From contig OZ059900.1 of the NCBI GenBank assembly GCA_964057225.1, positions 24,490,001 through 24,554,000 on the forward strand: a stretch of DNA of 64,000 nt, given 5' to 3'. Each line of letters starts with the position of its first letter. Positions within the stretch are counted from its first letter, which is position 1. The notes under the pieces are model-generated. The model had not been told where the DNA came from. It searched no databases and worked only from the letters and a program-made list of their open reading frames with translations. Made by a program: the position numbers and the translations under genes. Source of the stretch: Auanema rhodensis. Taxonomy: Eukaryota > Animalia > Nematoda. This document shows positions 1-12,100 of the stretch, one piece after another.

Positions 1-342
1 TATGCTGGAAAACCAGTTTTTGGAAATTTCGCTGTAAACAAGGTTTTGACTTACGATTTCATGTGTTCAAACTCATGCAATGTCAATGAAACCTAGCTCA
101 AAATTGTTAATACAATGTCTAGTTCCACTTTCACGACAAAAAAACAGGGGTTAGAAAATTAAGGAAATTAGCATATTCTGAGGGCACGCCCTTTATGGCT
201 AATATTGATTAAATCGATTTTTGTTCATATGAGTCGTCAAATGCAACGAATTTCAGCGTGTTACATACTAAAATGAAGCATTTTACATGCTGAACACTAG
301 AAAAATACAAAAACACAGTATTTCCCATGAGAAATATTTTAT
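1..342 (+). repeat. Representative satellite monomer (342 bp, ~34% GC, many A/T tracts)
   Basis: Hand count of the consensus gives 116 G+C in 342 bp and 10 CpGs. A/T runs of 4 or more occur at m9-12, 17-21, 44-47, 100-103, 138-144, 155-158, 218-222, 270-273, 281-284, 301-305, 309-313 and 337-340. Confidence 0.97.
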
Positions 343-3300
343 TATGCTGGAAAACCAGTTTTTGGAAATTTCGCTGTAAACAAGGTTTTGACTTACGATT
401 TCATGTGTTCAAACTCATGCAATGTCAATGAAACCTAGCTCAAAATTGTTCGTACAACGTCTAGTTCCACTTTCACGACTAAAAAACAGGGGTTAGAAAA
501 TTAAGGAAATTAGCATATTCTGAGGGCACGCCCCTTATGGCTAATATTGATTAAATCGATTTTTGTTCATATGAGTCGTCAAATGCAACGAATTTCAGCG
601 TGTTACATACTAAAATGAAGCATTTCACATGCTGAACACTAGAAAAATACAAAAACACAGTATTTCCCATGAGAAATATTTTATTATGCTGGAAAACCAG
701 TTTTTGGAAATTTCGCTGTAAACAAGGTTTTGACTTACGATTTCATGTGTTCAAACTCATGCAATGTCAATGAAACCTAGCTCAAAATTGTTCGTACAAC
801 GTCTGGTTCCACTTTCACGACTAAAAAAAAACAGGGGTTAGAAAATTAAGGAAATTAGCATATTCTGAGGGCACGCCCCTTATGGCTAATATTGATTAAA
901 TCGATTTTTGTTCATATGAGTCGTCAAATGCAACGAATTTCAGCGTGTTACATACTAAAATGAAGCATTTTACATGCTGAACACTAGAAAAAAACAAAAA
1001 CACAGTATTTCCCATGAGAAATATTTTATTATGCTGGAAAACCAGTTTTTGGAAATTTCGCTGTAAACAAGGTTTTGACTTACGATTTCATGTGTTCAAA
1101 CTCATGCAATGTCAATGAAACCTAGCTCAAAATTGTTCGTACAACGTCTAGTTCCACTTTCACGACAAAAAAACAGGGGTTAGAAAATTAAGGAAATTAG
1201 CATATTCTGAGGGCACGCCCCTTATGGCTAATATTGATTAAATCGATTTTTGTTCATATGAGTCGTCAAATGCAACGAATTTCAGCGTGTTACATACTAA
1301 AATGAAGCATTTTACATGCTGAACACTAGAAAAATACAAAAACACAGTAATACCCATGAGAAATATTTTATTATGCTGGAAAACCAGTTTTTGGAAATTT
1401 CGCTGTAAACAAGGTTTTGACTTACGATTTCATGTGTTCAAACTCATGCAATGTCAATGAAACCTAGCTCAAAATTGTTAATACAATGTCTAGTTCCACT
1501 TTCACGACAAAAAAACAGGGGTTAGAAAATTAAGGAAATTAGCATATTCTGAGGGCACGCCCTTTATGGCTAATATTGATTAAATCGATTTTTGTTCATA
1601 TGAGTCGTCAAATGCAACGAATTTCAGCGTGTTACATACTAAAATGAAGCATTTTACATGCTGAACACTAGAAAAATACAAAAACACAGTATTTCCCATG
1701 AGAAATATTTTATTATGCTGGAAAACCAGTTTTTGGAAATTTCGCTGTAAACAAGGTTTTGACTTACGATTTCATGTGTTCAAACTCATGCAATGTCAAT
1801 GAAACCTAGCTCAAAATTGTTCGTACAACGTCTAGTTCCACTTTCACGACAAAAAAACAGGGGTTAGAAAATTAAGGAAATTAGCATATTCTGAGGGCAC
1901 GCCCTTTATGGCTAATATTGATTAAATCGATTTTTGTTCATATGAGTCGTCAAATGCAACGAATTTCAGCGTGTTACATACTAAAATGAAGCATTTCACA
2001 TGCTGAACACTAGAAAAATACAAAAACACAGTAATACCCATGAGAAATATTTTATTATGCTGGAAAACCAGTTTTTGGAAATTTCGCTGTAAACAAGGTT
2101 TTGACTTACGATTTCATGTGTTCAAACTCATGCAATGTCAATGAAACCTAGCTCAAAATTGTTAATACAATGTCTAGTTCCACTTTCACGACAAAAAAAC
2201 AGGGGTTAGAAAATTAAGGAAATTAGCATATTCTGAGGGCACGCCCTTTATGGCTAATATTGATTAAATCGATTTTTGTTCATATGAGTCGTCAAATGCA
2301 ACGAATTTCAGCGTGTTACATACTAAAATGAAGCATTTTACATGCTGAACACTAGAAAAATACAAAAACACAGTATTTCCCATGAGAAATATTTTATTAT
2401 GCTGGAAAACCAGTTTTTGGAAATTTCGCTGTAAACAAGGTTTTGACTTACGATTTCATGTGTTCAAACTCATGCAATGTCAATGAAACCTAGCTCAAAA
2501 TTGTTAATACAATGTCTAGTTCCACTTTCACGACAAAAAAACAGGGGTTAGAAAATTAAGGAAATTAGCATATTCTGAGGGCACGCCCTTTATGGCTAAT
2601 ATTGATTAAATCGATTTTTGTTCATATGAGTCGTCAATTGCAACGAATTTCAGCGTGTTACATACTAAAATGAAGCATTTTACATGCTGAACACTAGAAA
2701 AATACAAAAACACAGTATTTCCCATGAGAAATATTTTATTATGCTGGAAAACCAGTTTTTGGAAATTTCGCTGTAAACAAGGTTTTGACTTACGATTTCA
2801 TGTGTTCAAACTCATGCAATGTCAATGAAACCCAGCTCAAAATTGTTCCTACAACGTCTTGTTCCACTTTCACGACAAAAAAACAGGGGTTAGAAAATTA
2901 AGGAAATTAGCATATTCTGAGGGCACGCCCCTTATGGCTAATATTGATTAAATCGATTTTTGTTCATATGAGTCGTCAAATGCAACGAATTTCAGCGTGT
3001 TACATACTAAAATGAAGCATTTTACATGCTGAACACTAGAAAAATACAAAAACACAGTATTTCCCATGAGAAATATTTTATTATGCTGGAAAACCAGTTT
3101 TTGGAAATTTCGCTGTAAACAAGGTTTTGACTTACGATTTCATGTGTTCAAACTCATGCAATGTCAATGAAACCTAGCTCAAAATTGTTCGTACAACGTC
3201 TAGTTCCACTTTCACGACAAAAAAACAGGGGTTAGAAAATTAAGGAAATTAGCATATTCTGAGGGCACGCCCTTTATGGCTAATATTGATTAAATCGATT

Positions 3301-6159
3301 TTTGTTCATATGAGTCGTCAAATGCAACGAATTTCAGCGTGTTACATACTAAAATGAAGCATTTTACATGCTGAACACTAGAAAAATACAAAAACACAGT
3401 ATTTCCCATGAGAAATATTTTATTATGCTGGAAAACCAGTTTTTGGAAATTTCGCTGTAAACAAGGTTTTGACTTACGATTTCATGTGTTCAAACTCATG
3501 CAATGTCAATGAAACCTAGCTCAAAATTGTTCCTACAACGTCTAGTTCCACTTTCACGACAAAAAAACAGGGGTTAGAAAATTAAGGAAATTAGCATATT
3601 CTGAGGGCACGCCCCTTATGGCTAATATTGATTAAATCGATTTTTGTTCATATGAGTCGTCAAATGCAACGAATTTCAGCGTGTTACATACTAAAATGAA
3701 GCATTTCACATGCTGAACACTAGAAAAATACAAAAACACAGTAATACCCATGAGAAATATTTTATTATGCTGGAAAACCAGTTTTTGGAAATTTCGCTGT
3801 AAACAAGGTTTTGACTTACGATTTCATGTGTTCAAACTCATGCAATGTCAATGAAACCTAGCTCAAAATTGTTCGTACAACGTCTGGTTCCACTTTCACG
3901 ACAAAAAAACAGGGGTTAGAAAATTAAGGAAATTAGCATATTCTGAGGGCACGCCCCTTATGGCTAATATTGATTAAATCGATTTTTGTTCATATGAGTC
4001 GTCAAATGCAACGAATTTCAGCGTGTTACATACTAAAATGAAGCATTTCACATGCTGAACACTAGAAAAATACAAAAACACAGTATTTCCCATGAGAAAT
4101 ATTTTATTATGCTGGAAAACCAGTTTTTGGAAATTTCGCTGTAAACAAGGTTTTGACTTACGATTTCATGTGTTCAAACTCATGCAATGTCAATGAAACC
4201 TAGCTCAAAATTGTTCGTACAACGTCTAGTTCCACTTTCACGACAAAAAAACAGGGGTTAGAAAATTAAGGAAATTAGCATATTCTGAGGGCACGCCCCT
4301 TATGGCTAATATTGATTAAATCGATTTTTGTTCATATGAGTCGTCAAATGCAACGAATTTCAGCGTGTTACATACTAAAATGAAGCATTTTACATGCTGA
4401 ACACTAGAAAAATACAAAAACACAGTATTTCCCATGAGAAATATTTTATTATGCTGGAAAACCAGTTTTTGGAAATTTCGCTGTAAACAAGGTTTTGACT
4501 TACGATTTCATGTGTTCAAACTCATGCAATGTCAATGAAACCTAGCTCAAAATTGTTCCTACAACGTCTAGTTCCACTTTCACGACAAAAAAACAGGGGT
4601 TAGAAAATTAAGGAAATTAGCATATTCTGAGGGCACGCCCTTTATGGCTAATATTGATTAAATCGATTTTTGTTCATATGAGTCGTCAAATGCAACGAAT
4701 TTCAGCGTGTTACATACTAAAATGAAGCATTTCACATGCTGAACACTAGAAAAATACAAAAACACAGTAATACCCATGAGAAATATTTTATTATGCTGGA
4801 AAACCAGTTTTTGGAAATTTCGCTGTAAACAAGGTTTTGACTTACGATTTCATGTGTTCAAACTCATGCAATGTCAATGAAACCTAGCTCAAAATTGTTC
4901 GTACAACGTCTGGTTCCACTTTCACGACAAAAAAACAGGGGTTAGAAAATTAAGGAAATTAGCATATTCTGAGGGCACGCCCCTTATGGCTAATATTGAT
5001 TAAATCGATTTTTGTTCATATGAGTCGTCAAATGCAACGAATTTCAGCGTGTTACATACTAAAATGAAGCATTTTACATGCTGAACACTAGAAAAATACA
5101 AAAACACAGTATTTCCCATGAGAAATATTTTATTATGCTGGAAAACCAGTTTTTGGAAATTTCGCTGTAAACAAGGTTTTGACTTACGATTTCATGTGTT
5201 CAAACTCATGCAATGTCAATGAAACCTAGCTCAAAATTGTTCGTACAACGTCTAGTTCCACTTTCACGACAAAAAAACAGGGGTTAGAAAATTAAGGAAA
5301 TTAGCATATTCTGAGGGCACGCCCCTTATGGCTAATATTGATTAAATCGATTTTTGTTCATATGAGTCGTCAAATGCAACGAATTTCAGCGTGTTACATA
5401 CTAAAATGAAGCATTTTACATGCTGAACACTAGAAAAATACAAAAACACAGTAATACCCATGAGAAATATTTTATTATGCTGGAAAACCAGTTTTTGGAA
5501 ATTTCGCTGTAAACAAGGTTTTGACTTACGATTTCATGTGTTCAAACTCATGCAATGTCAATGAAACCTAGCTCAAAATTGTTAATACAATGTCTAGTTC
5601 CACTTTCACGACAAAAAAACAGGGGTTAGAAAATTAAGGAAATTAGCATATTCTGAGGGCACGCCCTTTATGGCTAATATTGATTAAATCGATTTTTGTT
5701 CATATGAGTCGTCAAATGCAACGAATTTCAGCGTGTTACATACTAAAATGAAGCATTTTACATGCTGAACACTAGAAAAATACAAAAACACAGTATTTCC
5801 CATGAGAAATATTTTATTATGCTGGAAAACCAGTTTTTGGAAATTTCGCTGTAAACAAGGTTTTGACTTACGATTTCATGTGTTCAAACTCATGCAATGT
5901 CAATGAAACCTAGCTCAAAATTGTTCGTACAACGTCTAGTTCCACTTTCACGACTAAAAAACAGGGGTTAGAAAATTAAGGAAATTAGCATATTCTGAGG
6001 GCACGCCCCTTATGGCTAATATTGATTAAATCGATTTTTGTTCATATGAGTCGTCAAATGCAACGAATTTCAGCGTGTTACATACTAAAATGAAGCATTT
6101 CACATGCTGAACACTAGAAAAATACAAAAACACAGTATTTCCCATGAGAAATATTTTAT

Positions 6160-9100
6160 TATGCTGGAAAACCAGTTTTTGGAAATTTCGCTGTAAACAA
6201 GGTTTTGACTTACGATTTCATGTGTTCAAACTCATGCAATGTCAATGAAACCTAGCTCAAAATTGTTTGTACAACGTCTGGTTCCACTTTCACGACTAAA
6301 AAAAAACAGGGGTTAGAAAATTAAGGAAATTAGCATATTCTGAGGGCACGCCCCTTATGGCTAATATTGATTAAATCGATTTTTGTTCATATGAGTCGTC
6401 AAATGCAACGAATTTCAGCGTGTTACATACTAAAATGAAGCATTTTACATGCTGAACACTAGAAAAATACAAAAACACAGTATTTCCCATGAGAAATATT
6501 TTATTATGCTGGAAAACCAGTTTTTGGAAATTTCGCTGTAAACAAGGTTTTGACTTACGATTTCATGTGTTCAAACTCATGCAATGTCAATGAAACCTAG
6601 CTCAAAATTGTTCGTACAACGTCTAGTTCCACTTTCACGACAAAAAAACAGGGGTTAGAAAATTAAGGAAATTAGCATATTCTGAGGGCACGCCCCTTAT
6701 GGCTAATATTGATTAAATCGATTTTTGTTCATATGAGTCGTCAAATGCAACGAATTTCAGCGTGTTACATACTAAAATGAAGCATTTTACATGCTGAACA
6801 CTAGAAAAATACAAAAACACAGTAATACCCATGAGAAATATTTTATTATGCTGGAAAACCAGTTTTTGGAAATTTCGCTGTAAACAAGGTTTTGACTTAC
6901 GATTTCATGTGTTCAAACTCATGCAATGTCAATGAAACCTAGCTCAAAATTGTTAATACAATGTCTAGTTCCACTTTCACGACAAAAAAACAGGGGTTAG
7001 AAAATTAAGGAAATTAGCATATTCTGAGGGCACGCCCTTTATGGCTAATATTGATTAAATCGATTTTTGTTCATATGAGTCGTCAAATGCAACGAATTTC
7101 AGCGTGTTACATACTAAAATGAAGCATTTTACATGCTGAACACTAGAAAAATACAAAAACACAGTATTTCCCATGAGAAATATTTTATTATGCTGGAAAA
7201 CCAGTTTTTGGAAATTTCGCTGTAAACAAGGTTTTGACTTACGATTTCATGTGTTCAAACTCATGCAATGTCAATGAAACTTAGCTCAAAATTGTTCCTA
7301 CAACGTCTAGTTCCACTTTCACGACAAAAAAACAGGGGTTAGAAAATTAAGGAAATTAGCATATTCTGAGGGCACGCCCTTTATGGCTAATATTGATTAA
7401 ATCGATTTTTGTTCATATGAGTCGTCAAATGCAACGAATTTCAGCGTGTTACATACTAAAATGAAGCATTTTACATGCTGAACACTAGAAAAATACAAAA
7501 ACACAGTATTTCCCATGAGAAATATTTTATTATGCTGGAAAACCAGTTTTTGGAAATTTCGCTGTAAACAAGGTTTTGACTTACGATTTCATGTGTTCAA
7601 ACTCATGCAATGTCAATGAAACCTAGCTCAAAATTGTTCGTACAACGTCTAGTTCCACTTTCACGACAAAAAAACAGGGGTTAGAAAATTAAGGAAATTA
7701 GCATATTCTGAGGGCACGCCCCCTATGGCTAATATTGATTAAATCGATTTTTGTTCATATGAGTCGTCAAATGCAACGAATTTCAGCGTGTTACATACTA
7801 AAATGAAGCATTTTACATGCTGAACACTAGAAAAATACAAAAACACAGTATTTCCCATGAGAAATATTTTATTATGCTGGAAAACCAGTTTTTGGAAATT
7901 TCGCTGTAAACAAGGTTTTGACTTACGATTTCATGTGTTCAAACTCATGCAATGTCAATGAAACCTAGCTCAAAATTGTTCCTACAACGTCTAGTTCCAC
8001 TTTCACGACAAAAAAACAGGGGTTAGAAAATTAAGGAAATTAGCATATTCTGAGGGCACGCCCTTTATGGCTAATATTGATTAAATCGATTTTTGTTCAT
8101 ATGAGTCGTCAAATGCAACGAATTTCAGCGTGTTACATACTAAAATGAAGCATTTCACATGCTGAACACTAGAAAAATACAAAAACACAGTAATACCCAT
8201 GAGAAATATTTTATTATGCTGGAAAACCAGTTTTTGGAAATTTCGCTGTAAACAAGGTTTTGACTTACGATTTCATGTGTTCAAACTCATGCAATGTCAA
8301 TGAAACCTAGCTCAAAATTGTTCGTACAACGTCTGGTTCCACTTTCACGACAAAAAAACAGGGGTTAGAAAATTAAGGAAATTAGCATATTCTGAGGGCA
8401 CGCCCCTTATGGCTAATATTGATTAAATCGATTTTTGTTCATATGAGTCGTCAAATGCAACGAATTTCAGCGTGTTACATACTAAAATGAAGCATTTCAC
8501 ATGCTGAACACTAGAAAAATACAAAAACACAGTATTTCCCATGAGAAATATTTTATTATGCTGGAAAACCAGTTTTTGGAAATTTCGCTGTAAACAAGGT
8601 TTTGACTTACGATTTCATGTGTTCAAACTCATGCAATGTCAATGAAACCTAGCTCAAAATTGTTCGTACAACGTCTAGTTCCACTTTCACGACAAAAAAA
8701 CAGGGGTTAGAAAATTAAGGAAATTAGCATATTCTGAGGGCACGCCCCTTATGGCTAATATTGATTAAATCGATTTTTGTTCATATGAGTCGTCAAATGC
8801 AACGAATTTCAGCGTGTTACATACTAAAATGAAGCATTTTACATGCTGAACACTAGAAAAATACAAAAACACAGTATTTCCCATGAGAAATATTTTATTA
8901 TGCTGGAAAACCAGTTTTTGGAAATTTCGCTGTAAACAAGGTTTTGACTTACGATTTCATGTGTTCAAACTCATGCAATGTCAATGAAACCTAGCTCAAA
9001 ATTGTTCCTACAACGTCTAGTTCCACTTTCACGACAAAAAAACAGGGGTTAGAAAATTAAGGAAATTAGCATATTCTGAGGGCACGCCCTTTATGGCTAA

Positions 9101-12100
9101 TATTGATTAAATCGATTTTTGTTCATATGAGTCGTCAAATGCAACGAATTTCAGCGTGTTACATACTAAAATGAAGCATTTCACATGCTGAACACTAGAA
9201 AAATACAAAAACACAGTAATACCCATGAGAAATATTTTATTATGCTGGAAAACCAGTTTTTGGAAATTTCGCTGTAAACAAGGTTTTGACTTACGATTTC
9301 ATGTGTTCAAACTCATGCAATGTCAATGAAACCTAGCTCAAAATTGTTCGTACAACGTCTGGTTCCACTTTCACGACAAAAAAACAGGGGTTAGAAAATT
9401 AAGGAAATTAGCATATTCTGAGGGCACGCCCCTTATGGCTAATATTGATTAAATCGATTTTTGTTCATATGAGTCGTCAAATGCAACGAATTTCAGCGTG
9501 TTACATACTAAAATGAAGCATTTTACATGCTGAACACTAGAAAAATACAAAAACACAGTATTTCCCATGAGAAATATTTTATTATGCTGGAAAACCAGTT
9601 TTTGGAAATTTCGCTGTAAACAAGGTTTTGACTTACGATTTCATGTGTTCAAACTCATGCAATGTCAATGAAACCTAGCTCAAAATTGTTCGTACAACGT
9701 CTAGTTCCACTTTCACGACAAAAAAACAGGGGTTAGAAAATTAAGGAAATTAGCATATTCTGAGGGCACGCCCCTTATGGCTAATATTGATTAAATCGAT
9801 TTTTGTTCATATGAGTCGTCAAATGCAACGAATTTCAGCGTGTTACATACTAAAATGAAGCATTTCACATGCTGAACACTAGAAAAATACAAAAACACAG
9901 TATTTCCCATGAGAAATATTTTATTATGCTGGAAAACCAGTTTTTGGAAATTTCGCTGTAAACAAGGTTTTGACTTACGATTTCATGTGTTCAAACTCAT
10001 GCAATGTCAATGAAACCTAGCTCAAAATTGTTCGTACAACGTCTGGTTCCACTTTCACGACTAAAAAAAAACAGGGGTTAGAAAATTAAGGAAATTAGCA
10101 TATTCTGAGGGCACGCCCCTTATGGCTAATATTGATTAAATCGATTTTTGTTCATATGAGTCGTCAAATGCAACGAATTTCAGCGTGTTACATACTAAAA
10201 TGAAGCATTTTACATGCTGAACACTAGAAAAATACAAAAACACAGTATTTCCCATGAGAAATATTTTATTATGCTGGAAAACCAGTTTTTGGAAATTTCG
10301 CTGTAAACAAGGTTTTGACTTACGATTTCATGTGTTCAAACTCATGCAATGTCAATGAAACCTAGCTCAAAATTGTTCCTACAACGTCTAGTTCCACTTT
10401 CACGACAAAAAAACAGGGGTTAGAAAATTAAGGAAATTAGCATATTCTGAGGGCACGCCCTTTATGGCTAATATTGATTAAATCGATTTTTGTTCATATG
10501 AGTCGTCAAATGCAACGAATTTCAGCGTGTTACATACTAAAATGAAGCATTTCACATGCTGAACACTAGAAAAATACAAAAACACAGTAATACCCATGAG
10601 AAATATTTTATTATGCTGGAAAACCAGTTTTTGGAAATTTCGCTGTAAACAAGGTTTTGACTTACGATTTCATGTGTTCAAACTCATGCAATGTCAATGA
10701 AACCTAGCTCAAAATTGTTCGTACAACGTCTGGTTCCACTTTCACGACAAAAAAACAGGGGTTAGAAAATTAAGGAAATTAGCATATTCTGAGGGCACGC
10801 CCCTTATGGCTAATATTGATTAAATCGATTTTTGTTCATATGAGTCGTCAAATGCAACGAATTTCAGCGTGTTACATACTAAAATGAAGCATTTTACATG
10901 CTGAACACTAGAAAAATACAAAAACACAGTATTTCCCATGAGAAATATTTTATTATGCTGGAAAACCAGTTTTTGGAAATTTCGCTGTAAACAAGGTTTT
11001 GACTTACGATTTCATGTGTTCAAACTCATGCAATGTCAATGAAACCTAGCTCAAAATTGTTCGTACAACGTCTAGTTCCACTTTCACGACAAAAAAACAG
11101 GGGTTAGAAAATTAAGGAAATTAGCATATTCTGAGGGCACGCCCCTTATGGCTAATATTGATTAAATCGATTTTTGTTCATATGAGTCGTCAAATGCAAC
11201 GAATTTCAGCGTGTTACATACTAAAATGAAGCATTTCACATGCTGAACACTAGAAAAATACAAAAACACAGTATTTCCCATGAGAAATATTTTATTATGC
11301 TGGAAAACCAGTTTTTGGAAATTTCGCTGTAAACAAGGTTTTGACTTACGATTTCATGTGTTCAAACTCATGCAATGTCAATGAAACCTAGCTCAAAATT
11401 GTTCGTACAACGTCTGGTTCCACTTTCACGACTAAAAAAAAACAGGGGTTAGAAAATTAAGGAAATTAGCATATTCTGAGGGCACGCCCCTTATGGCTAA
11501 TATTGATTAAATCGATTTTTGTTCATATGAGTCGTCAAATGCAACGAATTTCAGCGTGTTACATACTAAAATGAAGCATTTTACATGCTGAACACTAGAA
11601 AAATACAAAAACACAGTATTTCCCATGAGAAATATTTTATTATGCTGGAAAACCAGTTTTTGGAAATTTCGCTGTAAACAAGGTTTTGACTTACGATTTC
11701 ATGTGTTCAAACTCATGCAATGTCAATGAAACCTAGCTCAAAATTGTTCGTACAACGTCTAGTTCCACTTTCACGACAAAAAAACAGGGGTTAGAAAATT
11801 AAGGAAATTAGCATATTCTGAGGGCACGCCCCCTATGGCTAATATTGATTAAATCGATTTTTGTTCATATGAGTCGTCAAATGCAACGAATTTCAGCGTG
11901 TTACATACTAAAATGAAGCATTTTACATGCTGAACACTAGAAAAATACAAAAACACAGTATTTCCCATGAGAAATATTTTATTATGCTGGAAAACCAGTT
12001 TTTGGAAATTTCGCTGTAAACAAGGTTTTGACTTACGATTTCATGTGTTCAAACTCATGCAATGTCAATGAAACCTAGCTCAAAATTGTTCCTACAACGT

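Noticed and set aside
106-122. Second CENP-B-box-like motif (GTTCGTACAACGTCTAG/GG)
   Set aside because: It lacks the CGGG half and overlaps the most variable site of the monomer.
147-164. Telomere-like GGGGTTAG / TTAAGG or a G-quadruplex
   Set aside because: Only a single isolated unit per monomer, and too few closely spaced G-runs for a G4.
1-342. Primate alpha-satellite dimer (2x171 bp)
   Set aside because: The length fits, but I see no recognisable alpha-satellite sequence beyond a degenerate box-like motif.
1-342. Tandem 5S rRNA, tRNA, snRNA or spliced-leader gene unit, or a tandem MITE
   Set aside because: No recognisable RNA gene sequence, Pol III A/B/C boxes, cloverleaf, terminal inverted repeats or target-site duplications. 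An Rfam/Dfam search would be the definitive check.
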